DNA of 64,000 bases from Mobula hypostoma (lineage: Eukaryota). The DNA is taken from positions 26,848,001 to 26,912,000 of the forward strand of contig NC_086108.1 in NCBI RefSeq assembly GCF_963921235.1, in the 5' to 3' direction. Within the stretch, counting starts at the first letter, position 1, and every line of letters starts with the position of its first letter. A program made the position numbers and the translations under genes. The notes below the pieces were generated by a model that saw only the letters and a list, made by a program, of their open reading frames with translations, searched no databases and was not told where the DNA came from. Of the stretch, positions 33,950 through 44,900 are shown piece by piece.

Positions 33950-34211
33950 GTAGGTACAGAGGAGATGTCAGGGGTATGCTTTTTTTAATGCAGAGACTGG
34001 TGAGTGCATTGAATGGGCTGCCAGCGGTGGTGGTGGAGGTGGAAATGATAGGGTCTTTTAAGAGACCTCTGGATGGATGCATGGAGCTGAGAAAAATAGA
34101 GGGCTATGGGTAAGCCTAGGTAGTTCTAAGGTAAGGACATGTTTGGCACAGCTTTGTGGGCCGAAGGGCCTGTATTGTGCTGTAGATTTTCTATGTTTCT
34201 ATGTTTCTATA
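33950..34211 (+). mobile_element. Young CR1 3'-end fragment
   Basis: GGTACAGAGGAGATGTCAGGGG...GTGGGCCGAAGGGCCTG... followed by a (TTTCTATG)n tail. Confidence 0.85.
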
Positions 34212-35215
34212 TCATAGCACTGTCTTTTCTACCTCCCATTGTAATTTGTATCCCCCTTCCTGGCTACTATTTGGAGGCATGTATGTAACTTCTGTCAGGG
34301 TCTCTTTACCTTTGCAGTTTCTTAACTCTGACAACAAGGGTTCTACATCACTTCTTTCCAAGGATTTGATATAATTTTTTACTAGCAGAGCCACCCCATC
34401 CCTTGTAGCTACCTACCTGTTCTTTTGACACAATGTGCATTCTTGGGTTTTAAGCTCCCAGCTATGATCATTTTTCAGCCAAGACTCAGTGATGCCCAGA
34501 ACCTCATACCTGTCAATCTCTAACTAAGCTACAAATTCATATACGTTATTCTGTTTATTTTGTGCATTCAAGTATAACACCTTCAATCCTGCATTTATCA
34601 CCCTTTTTGATCTTGCCCCCATGTTACACTTTAACTCATCCAATGACCGCAATTTTGGCCTATAATCTGCCTGTCCTTCCTCACAGTGCTTCAGTACACA
34701 CTGCATCTACTTGTCTGACAATTGACCGTCCTCAGCCCTATTTCTCCAGTTCCTATCCCCTGCCAAATTAGTTTATACACTCCACAACAGCTCGAACAAA
34801 CTTGCCCACAAGGCTATTAGTCCCCCTCAGGCTCAGGTGATTTTGTACAAGTCATACCTTTCCCAGAAGAGATCCCAATGATCCAGTAATATGAAAACCT
34901 GTCCCTCACACTAATTCCTCAGCCACACATTTATCTGCCAAATTACCCTATTCTTACCCTCAATTCCGCATTATTACCCTGGTTGTCCTGTTTTTCAGCT
35001 TTCTACCTAACTCCGTATATTCTCTCTTCAGGACTTCCCCTCATCTCCTTCCTATGTCATTGGTACCAATATGTACCACACTTTTCTGCTGTTCACCCTC
35101 CTCCTTTAGAATGCTGTGGATTTCATCCAAGACATCCTTGACCCTGGTACCTTGGAGGCAAAATATCATCTAATTGTCTTTATCATATCCACAGTATCTC
35201 CACTCTTTTCCCTTA

Positions 35216-36641
35216 ATAGAACATAGAACATAAAACATAGAATAGTACAGCACAGTACAGGCCCTTCGGCCCACAATGTTGTGCCGACCCTCAAACCCTG
35301 CCTCCCATATAAGCCCCCACCTTAGATCCCTCCATATACCTGTCCAGTAGTCTCTTAAACTTCACTAGCATATCTGCCTCCACCACTGACTCAGGCAGTG
35401 CATTCCACGCACCAACCACTCTCTGAGTAAAAAACCTTCCTCTAATATCCCCCTTAAACTTCCCACCCCTTACCTTAAAGCCATATCCTCTTGTATTGAG
35501 CAGTGGTGTCCTGGGGAAGAGGCACTGGCTATCCACTCTATCTATTCATCTTATTATCTTGTATACATCTATCATGTCTCCTCTCATCCTCCTTCTCTCC
35601 AAAGAGTAAAGCCCTAGCTCCCTTAATCTCTGATCATAATGCATACTCTCTAAACCAGGCAGCATCCTGGTAAATCTCCTCTGTTCCCTTTCCAATGCTT
35701 CTACATCCTTCCTATAGTGAGGTGACCAGAACTGGACACAGTAATCCAAGTGTGGCCTAACCAGAGTCTTATAGAGCTGCATCATTACATCGCAACTCTT
35801 AAACTCTATTCCTCGACTTATGAAAGCTAACACCCCATAAGCTTTCTTAACTACCCTATCCACCTGTGAGGCAGCTTTCAGGGATCTGTGGACATGTACC
35901 CCCAGATCCCTCTGCTCCTCCACACTACCAAGTATCCTGCCATTTACTTTGTATTCTGCCTTGGAGTTTGTCCTTCCAAAGTGTACCACCTCAGACTTCT
36001 CCGGATTGAACTCCATCTGCCACTTCTCAGCCCACTTCTGCATCCTATCAATGTCTCTCTGCAATCTTTGACAATCCTCTACACTATCTACAACTATCTA
36101 CAACACCACCAACCTTTGTGTCGTCTGCAAACTTGCCAACCCACCCTTCTACCCCCACATCCAGGTCGTTAATAAAAATCACGAAAAGTAGAGGTCCCAG
36201 AACAGATCCTTGTGGGACACCACTAGTCACAATCCTCCAATCTGAATGTACTCCCTCTGCCATCACCCTCTGCCTTCTGCAGGCAAGCCAATTCTGAGTC
36301 CACCTGGCCAAACTTCCCTGGATCCCATGCCTTCCAACCTTCTGAATAAGCCTACCATGTGGAACCTTGTCAAATGCCTTACTAAAATCCATGTAGATCA
36401 CATCCACTGCACTACACTCATCTATATGCCTGGTCACCTCCTCAAAGAACTCTATCAGGCTTGTTAGACACGATCTGCCCTTCACAAAGCCATGCTGACT
36501 GTCCCTGATCAGACCATGATTCTCTAAATGCCTATATATCCTATCTCTAAGAATCTTTTCCAACAGCTTTCCCACCACAGATGTAAGGCTCACTAGTCTA
36601 TAATTACCCGGACTATCCCTACTACCTTTTTTGAACACGGG
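35216..36641 (-). mobile_element. Young 5'-truncated CR1 LINE with a nearly intact RT domain
   Basis: [57 protein letters not shown], then LYKTLVRPHLDYCVQFWSP. Frameshifts at ~36083 (10-bp ACTATCTACA duplication) and ~35546. (CATAGAA)n tail. Confidence 0.95.
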
Positions 36642-37099
36642 AACTATGGAATACCTTATCACTACTGCACTCCTCTTTTTTCCCCCTTCTAAGCTACGTA
36701 GCCAGATTCAGTGCTAGAGAACCATTCTCTGTGGCTTTTCCTTTGTAGATCAGCACCCAACGGTATCCAAAGTGGTATACTTATTATTGAGTGGAAAGCC
36801 ACAGGGGTACTCTGTGCTGGCTGCCTATTCCCTTTTCCCTATCCTGGCAGTCACCCAGTTGTAGCTCCAGTTCCTTAACATGGTCCTCTGCCTGTGTTTG
36901 CCTAATCCTGTTAACCCAAAGCTGGACCACTCCAACAACAGTTGCTCTGCTTACACCCCCTTTCTTTTTATTGGCTCAAATAAGACTCACTCCCAATGAG
37001 ACTTGCAGTTTTCAAATGGTTTCTGCCCTGCAGGATGATGATCTGTCAATCACTAGTTCAACAATAAGTCACTCCCAGCGACACTGGTAGTTTTCAGAT

Positions 37100-38790
37100 A
37101 GCTCCCACCCTGTAAGATGTCACTTTCTTATAACATCCCAATTCTAGAATTCAGTTCCTCAACTAAAAAAGGTGAACATTTCTTTACTGTCCTATTAACT
37201 TTTGTAGCCACCTTATCAGAACTGTGAAATTGGACTCCAAGATCCTTCTGATCATCAATGCTGATAAGAGTCTTGCCATTAACAACATACTGCCTCTTTA
37301 CATTTAACAATGCACACTTGGCTGGGTTAAACTCCATCTGCCATTTTTCCACCTTTATCTCTAGCTGATGTATATCCCACTGTATCTTTTGCCAGTCTCC
37401 TACATTATCCATAACACTACTAATCTTCATATCATCTGCAAACTTACTGATTTACTCATCAAAGTTTTCATCCAGATCATTAATACACATCATAAACAGC
37501 AGAGGTCTCAGTAAAGATCTTTGTTGAACTCCACTGTCATAAACCTCCAGCCAAAATAAATCCATCAACCACTGCATTCTGTTCTCTAAGGGCGAGCCAG
37601 TTCTGAATCCAAGCAGCTAATTTACAATGAGTCAGTGCATCTTATCTTCTGGATGAGCCTCCCACAAGGGATCTTGTCAAATGCCTTATGTGAACAAAAT
37701 TCATGTATACATTATCCGCTGAATATACAATATTCTACCTTCATCAATCACTTTGTCACCTCCTTGACAAACTCAATCAAGTTATTAAAACATGACATGC
37801 AATGCATAAAACCATACTGACTGTTCCTAATCAGGCCGTGCTTTTCTAATATCTCATAAATCCTATCCCTAAGGATCCTCTCCAATAAATTCCCTACCAC
37901 TGACATGAAACTCACTGATCTATAGTTTCCAGATTATCTCTATTTCTTTTCCTTAATCATGGAACAGCATTAGCTACTCACCACTATTCAGGACGTTGCC
38001 TGTGGCCAGACAAAGATATTGGTCAAGGCCCCACTGATCACTTCTCTTGCTTCTCTCAGTGACCTGGGGTATATCCAGACTGCTGAAAAGGCAAGCAATG
38101 AGAGGCCCTGGGGGCTTATCCACCTTAATATTCTTTGAGACCACACACTACATCCTTCTTTATCTTGAAATGCCCTAACAAATCATTTTATCCTCTATAT
38201 CCTTCTCTTTCATAAATACTAATGCAATGTACTCATTTTGGACTTCACCCACATCTTTCGCCTCCAAAGACATTATCATCTTTATCCTTGAGTGTTGCTA
38301 CCCACTCCCTAGTTAACTCCCTACTCTTGATGTAAGTATAGAATACATTGGGATTTTCTTTAATTCTTCTTGTTAAGGACTTTTCATGGCCCCTCCTGAT
38401 TTTCTTAATTTCCTTCTAGAGTTCTTTTCTGGCTTCCTTATGAGTGTCAAGGGCTCTGTTTGATCTTAGTTCACTCTACTTAAATCTACGAAATGTTTAG
38501 TAGATTTTCCTTTTCCTTCTTGACTAAATTCACCATCTGTCTCAACATCCAAGGCTCTTTTATTTTTCCATCCTCATCCTTGGCAGTACTCTGTACAGTT
38601 AGTCTTTCAACACCTTTTACATGGCAGGTGTGGATTTGGCCAAGGACAGCTGCTCACTATTGACTCTTCCCAGCTCCTGTCTGATACTTCCGTAATTTGT
38701 CCTGCTCCAATTCAATATGATCCCACTAGGTCCATACTTACCCTTATCAATAGCTACCTTAACACTTAAGGAGTTTCCCAAAGGACAATG
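37100..38790 (-). mobile_element. Old CR1 ORF2 fragment
   Basis: ORF 37128..37430 (EKWQMEFNPAKC...QKDLGVQFHSS) and degraded RT sequence homologous to 36084-36640. Confidence 0.8.
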
Positions 38791-38829
38791 CCGGAAACCA
38801 GCAATTCTTAGTAGCTATTTTAAGGTTTA

Positions 38830-40215
38830 AAGTTATGTTTGTGTGGTGTCACAACAGCAATCTCATAGTCAATGCCAGCTGGACAAAGAAACCAATTGTG
38901 AACTCCAGGAAGGAAAAGTCAAGAGAACCTACACCAGTCCTCATTGAGGGATCAGGAATGGAAAGGGTGAATAGCTTCAAGTTGCTGGATAAGATATTAG
39001 CACTCAAAGCTGCTATGCAGGTTGACTCTGCGGTTAAGAAGGCATACGGTGCATTGACCTTTATCAAACGTGAGATTGAGTTTAAGAGCCGAGAGGTAAT
39101 GTTACAGCTATATAGGACACTGGTCAGACCCCACTGAGTACTGTGCTCAGTTCTGATCGCCTCACTACAGGAAGGATGTGGAAACCATAGAAAGCGTGCA
39201 GAGGAAATTTACAAGGATGTTGCCTGGATTAGGGAGTGAGCCTTATGAGAAAAGGTTGAGTGAACTCGGCCTTTTCTCCTTGGAGTGATGGAGGATGAGT
39301 GGTGACCTGATAGAGATGTACAAGATGATGAGAGGCATTGATTGTGTGGATAGTCAGAGGCTTTTTCCCAGGACTGAAATGGCTAGCACGAGAGGGCACA
39401 GTTTTAAGGTGCTTAGAAGTAGGTATAGAGGAGATGTTAGGGGTAAGTTTTTTACGCAGCGAGAGCATGGAATGGGGTGATGGAGATGGAAATGATAGGG
39501 TTTTTTAAGAGACACCTGGATAGGTACATGGAGCTTAGAAAAACAGAGGGCTATCAGTAAGCCTAGGTAGTTGTAAGGTAAGGACATGTTCGGCACAGCT
39601 TTGTGGGCTGAAGGGCCTGCATTGTGCTGTCGGTTTTCTATGTTTCTAAGTGTTTAACATCGCAGAGGATTTATTCTTGGTCCAGCACATTGGTGCATCA
39701 TAGAGAAAACAAGGCAGCAGTTCTACTTCATGAGGAGTTTGAGGAGATTTGGTATGTCACCAAAGACTCTTGCGAATGTTTGCAGATGCAAGGTGATGAT
39801 CATTTTGGCTTGATAAAGACATCCTAGTATGGAGTTTCCAATGGCAGGATCACAAGAGACTGCGCAAGGTTATAGACTCAGCCAGCTGTAAAACATGCAC
39901 AACCATCCCAACTATTGAGGACATCTTCAGGAGGCTGTGCCTCTAGTAGGTGGCATCCATTATTAAGGATTTTCACTGTCTATGACACGTAGTACTGTCA
40001 GGGGGATGTACAGGAACCTGAAGATCAGTAGACAATGACTTAGGGACAGTTTCTTCCCCTCTGTTATTTCTCATTATTCTATCTCTTATTCCTGTTTTTG
40101 TAGTACTTATATTTATTTATCTTTTAATTTGCAGATTCTTATATCATGCACTGTAATGCTATTACAAAACAGCAACATTTCATGTCATTCTTCCGTAATA
40201 ACAAATCCGATTCTT
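38830..40215 (+). mobile_element. Rex1/Babar 3' fragment with a nested CR1
   Basis: WCHNSNLIVNASWTKKPIVN...PVLIEGSGMERVNSFKLL. Resumes after 39650 and ends ACAAATCCGATTC. Confidence 0.75.
38990..39650 (+). mobile_element. Young CR1 3' fragment
   Basis: LKAAMQVDSAVKKAYG...LYRTLVRPH; GDLIEMYKMMRGID...TRGHSFKV; TTTCTATGTTTCTA tail. Confidence 0.9.
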
Positions 40216-40461
40216 CACCAGCCCTAGAGCCATGCATTCATCTGCTGTATCCTTGTCTTCCATCACTCACTGGCACCCAGGAGGTAATGTGCGACTATGA
40301 AGTCTCTTTCATAGCCTATCTGTCCCTCTATCTATCTGTCTCCTAGAAGTAGAGCTCTCCATGTCTCCACATCCAGTTCTTGTGCCACAGAGGGTAATTT
40401 CTGCAGGATGTCAGAAGTTGGAGAAAGTGTCAGCACCTTATTGCAAAGTAACAATGGATGT

Positions 40462-40790
40462 AAGGGTGGTAGAGCGGCCTGACTAAGTGAGCTGATGCCT
40501 CACAGTGTCGGAGACCAAGGTGCCATCCTCTCCTCAGATGCTGCCTGAGTAGAGTTTGCACCTTCTCCTTGTCACTGTGCCGATTTCCCCTGGGTACGCT
40601 AAATCTCTTCCACATGCAAGGACATGCAGATTGGTAGGTCAACTGGCCTCTATAAATTTCCCCTTATGTGTAGGTGAGTGATCGAATCTGGGAGGCAGTT
40701 GTTGAGAATGTGGGGAGAAGAAACCATAGGATTAATATAGGATGGTCAATGTGAACTCACTTCCAATCTATATCTCCCTACGACTGTACG
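40462..40790 (+). mobile_element. Old V-SINE
   Basis: Degenerate tRNA head (GCCTCACAG..GAGACC..GGT..ATCC) and V domain GAGTTTGCACCTTCTCC...CCCTGGGTACGCT...CCACAT.CAAGGACATGCAG. Confidence 0.65.
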
Positions 40791-41291
40791 TCACATGTTT
40801 GAAAACATCTGAACAGTTGAGAGTTGAATGTTAGTGTGGACACAAAATAGGCTGACTGAATTATCACAGTCAAGATTAACATCTTACTTTCAGCTTGTCA
40901 ATGAAAAACTGGTGAGGCACCTCAGGGATCAGCACTGGGGCCCCAATAATTTGCAATAGACAATAGACAATAGGCACAGGAGTAGGCCATTCGGCCCTTC
41001 AAGCCAGCACCGCCATTCACTGTGATCATGGCTGATCATAGTAATAACCGTGATCATGGCAGTCTATAGTAATAACTTGGATGGAGTGTCAGACATACTA
41101 TGCTCATATTTCCCAGGACACAAGTTGTGAAGAAGGGAAAGGGTTTGTATTGGGGTCCATATAGGTCAAATGAGTGGGCACAAGGTGGCAGATGGAGTAT
41201 GATATGGAAAAAAATGTAAGGTTGTATATTTTTAAAGGACAAGTGAAAAAGCAATTCAATACATAAGTGGAACATCAAAAGTATGTACAGA

Positions 41292-41365
41292 CAGTACTGT
41301 GTAAACGTCTTAGGCAAACATATACGGTATATAGCTAGGATGCCTAAGACTTTTGTATAGTACTG
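41292..41365. mobile_element. ~72-bp Tc1/mariner-type mini-MITE, copy 3
   Basis: CAGTACTGTGTAAACGTCTTAGGCA-aacatatacggtatatagctagga-TGCCTAAGACTTTTGTATAGTACTG: ~25-bp TIRs. Confidence 0.8.
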
Positions 41366-42027
41366 TTGTAATTTTAGGTATTGCACTGTACTGCTGCGGC
41401 AATAAAAACAAATTTTGTGACATGTGAGTGATGATAAACTTGATTTTGATGTGTGTCTCTATTGTGGACTGGGAGAGGGAAGGGGGCAGGGAGAGGGGCA
41501 TCATGGTTGGATATAGGGGAATGGAGAGGGGAGGGAGTGAGAAACACCAGAGAGACAGTCTGTAATAATCAATAAACCAATTGCTTGGAATCTAATGACC
41601 TTGTCCGATGTCTCAGAGCTGGGTGCGTCTGCACCCGTGTCACCACCCCCACCCCTGCCCCTGGCTCTGCTTCTCTGTCACCTGTCCTACACTCCTCCCG
41701 CGGTGGTCCACCCTCAGCACTCCCAGCATCCTTTGCTGCTGTCAGATTTACAAGCTCGCTCTCCACTCTCTGTTGACAAATACAGTGCAGTGTAAAAGTC
41801 TCTAGGTTAAAAAGTCACTAGGTTAACTCCTGAAGTTAAGAAAAAACAATATATAAAGTGAAGCTGAGCATGTTAGGCCTATAATGTTGGAGTTCAGAAT
41901 GAAATTGGAAAAGTGGTTTATTATAGTCACGTGAAAAACTTTGTTTCACATGCCACACATTCAGGTTATTTCATCACATCAACGCATTGAAGTAATACAA
42001 GGGAAGATCATGATCGACTGACAGAAT

Positions 42028-42713
42028 GACTGGCGGGAGGAGAAGATGGCGACGCGACGCAGCTTGCAGCAGCCAGTCCGGTGGTGATGTCTGTTATTTG
42101 TCAAGTAGGGTGCTGTGCACAATCCTGATTTGATGGAGGCGGACGTGAGAGCACAGAGGAGCATCTAGTGAAACTTCTGAAATGCCTGCTTCGCTGCTGC
42201 TGCTAATGTGTGGTCTGGAATCTTCGGAGGAGAAGGCCCTGAGTCCTCGGCTTTGCCTGTTGCTCGACGGCTGGGGCGGGGTCGAGGATGGTGCTCGGAG
42301 AGGCTGTATTGGAGGGGCTGGTCAGAGGCTCGAAGTTTTCAGATGGACTCAGAGTCGGCTGCAGTCGGGTGCTTCCAATGCATCGGCAAGTTATCGGCGC
42401 TTGGAGGTTCATGGCAGGGAGAGTTTCTCCCTTCTGCCGCCTGTGTTAGATGATGAGTCAATCGGGACTTAGAGTCTTTTTTTTTATCATGCCCATGGTC
42501 TGTTCTTTATCAAATTAAGGTATTGCTTTGCATTGTTGTAACTATATGTTATAATGATGTGGTTTTGTCAGTTTTAGTTTTGGTTTGTCCTGTTTTTTTT
42601 TATGATATATTTCTGGAGGAACGTTGTATCATTTTTTAATGCATGCATTTCTAAATGACAATAAATGAGGACTGAGTGTCCTCATAATCTAATCTAATCT
42701 TAATCTAATCTAA
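42028..42713 (+). mobile_element. Non-coding, non-autonomous retroelement with a (TAATC)n tail
   Basis: CpG-rich 5' end with AAGATGGCG (42043), no TE ORF, AATAAA, an 8-bp stem-loop ATGAGGAC/GTCCTCAT (42665-42685), then (TAATC)n. Confidence 0.7.
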
Positions 42714-42714
42714 T

Positions 42715-43067
42715 AGTTTCGGACTTTATTCCCTCGAGTGCAGAAGAATGAAGGGAGATCTTATACAGGTTTACAATATTATGAGGGTATAAATAGAATG
42801 AATCCATGCAGGCTTTCGCCCCTCTGGTTTGGTGAGACTAGAAACAGAAGTCATAGGTTTAGGGCAAAAAGTGAAATATTTAATGGGACATCTGAGGGGG
42901 AGGTTCTTCGTTCTGAGTATGGGGTGAGTGTGGAATGAACTGCTAGCGGAAGTGGTAGATGCAGGTTCGACTGTAACAATTTAGAGAGGTTTGAATAGGT
43001 ACATTGCTGACATGGATTAGATGGGCTGAAGGGTCTGTTACAGTGCTGTAGTGCTCTATGATTCTAT
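42715..43067 (+). mobile_element. CR1 3'-end fragment
   Basis: GGACTTTATTCCCTCGAGTGCAGAAGAATGAAGGGAGATCTTATA (GLYSLE.RRM.GDLI) through to a CTATGATTCTAT tail. Confidence 0.8.
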
Positions 43068-43069
43068 AA

Positions 43070-43520
43070 TGCACAACAAAGTGGTACAGTTACAGAGAAA
43101 GTGCAGTGCAGGTGGACAATAAGGTGCAAAACCACAATGAGGTAGATTACAAGGTTAAGGGTCCATCTTATCACACTAGGGGACCTTTTAATAGTCTTAT
43201 AACAGCAGGATAGAAGCTGTTCTTGAGCCTGGTGATATGTGATTTCAGGCTTTTATATCTGCTGACTGATGGGAGGGGTGGGGAAGAAGAGAGAATGCCC
43301 AGAGTGAGTGGGGTCTTTGATTATTTTGGCTGCTTTCCCAAGGCAGTGAGAAGTGTTGACAGAGTATATGGGGGGGGTGAATGGTTTCTGTGATGTGCTG
43401 AGCTGTGTCTACAACTCTCTGCAGTCTGTTTGCAGTCATGGACAAAACAGTTGCTATACCAAGCTGTGATGTGCTCAAGCAGGATGCTTTCTATGATGCA
43501 AGTATAAAAATTTGCGTAAG
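43070..43520 (-). mobile_element. Rex1/Babar 3' fragment (its 3' end continues at ~41900-42027)
   Basis: ORF 43245..43478 ANRLQRVVDTAQHITET is a Rex1 C-terminal motif. Confidence 0.7.
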
Positions 43521-44384
43521 TTTCAGGGGAATGTCAAACTTTTTCAGACTGGATTCAAAGTGATTTGATTGAAGCGTATATGATCTGAGAGGGTTTGACA
43601 GAGTGAATGCTAAGAGTTGGTTCCCCTACTGGAGATATAGCTTGAGAATAAGAGAGTATAGTCACTGAATATACTCAAATCAGAGACTGATAGGCATTTG
43701 AACTACAAGAGAATAAAGGTGGACATGAAGAATTTGAGAGTTGGTGTTGAGATCATGACAGATTAGCCATAATCATATTGAATATTAGAGGCTTGAGGGG
43801 CAAGTTGGTCTACTCTTTCCAATACTTATGTGCTCATACAACAGTTTACCAGAAGCATCAAGAAATTAGGCGCTCATTAACAGGTACTTGTTTGTGATTG
43901 GAATAAATTGATAACTTCAATCTCTGGCTGCTGAGAGTTAAAATTGCTCATTTTTTTCTCATGGGGTCAAACCACTCTGGCATAATACAACATATTATAA
44001 AAGGTGTGATAAAAATAATTTTTCTTTTGTGATAGGGATTAATCCCATCATTGAGACAGCATTTATAGTTATCCTGCATTTTTACCCATTACCCATGTTT
44101 GCCAAATGCCATTCTGCCACTTTTGGTGCTTTAGTGTTTAGCATTGTCACTTTTCTCTTTGCATTCCTCATGATGTAACAAAGTCATCCAAGTTCTGCAT
44201 TATTAGCATAAATCAATTGTCTAGTTTTTTTGTTAGGCCTCAAATAAAGATCACTTGAACCAACCTTACTCATTCAAAACAATTAAACTTTATATCATCC
44301 TAAATCCATCCATTCTTCAACAATCTTTAGCATCTTAGCCTAACCTCTGCTTCTTTATCTGATGATATAAACTTCTGTTGGCAA

Positions 44385-44900
44385 TTAGAATTGGAATCAG
44401 AACCAGGCTTAATATTAATGGCATGTGATATGAAATTTGGTGATTTATAGCAGCAGTATTTTGCAATGCATAATAATCAAAACTATAAATTACAATGAGA
44501 AGTACATAGATTTAAAATAAAAAGTGCAAAAAGGGAAAATACTGAAAGAGTATTCATCCGTTCATTGTCCATTCAGAGATCTGATAATGGAGGGGTAAAA
44601 GCTGTTCCTGAAATGTTGAGTGTATGTCTTTATGCTCCTCTATCTCCTCCCTTATGGTAGCAATGAGAAGACGGCATGTCCTGGGTGATGGGGATCTTTA
44701 ATGATGGATGTCGTCATTTTGAGGTATCACCTTTTGAAGGTGTCCTCGATGCTGGGGAGGCTAGTGCCCATGATGGAACTGGCTGAGTTTGCAATTTTCT
44801 TCAGTTTTTTCAGATCCTTTGTAGTGGCCCCTCCATGCCAAAATGTGATGCAACCAGTTAGAATGCTCCCCTCAGTACATCTGTAGAAATTTGGAAGAGC
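44385..44900 (-). mobile_element. Rex1/Babar 3' fragment
   Basis: The reverse complement is homologous to the C-termini at 52198-52539 and 53400-53720. (GAATCA)-type tail at the left end. Confidence 0.75.

Larger units (their letters stand above)
32666..36950 (-). mobile_element. Old CR1 LINE (ORF1, endonuclease, tether) with nested PLE and two younger CR1 inserts
   Basis: EN start GLKVLYLNAQ (34524..34706) and ALLVKNYIKSLER...ELRNCKGKETL..TYMPPNS. ORF1 esterase-like sequence at 34800-35200 and 36645-36950. Confidence 0.75.
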
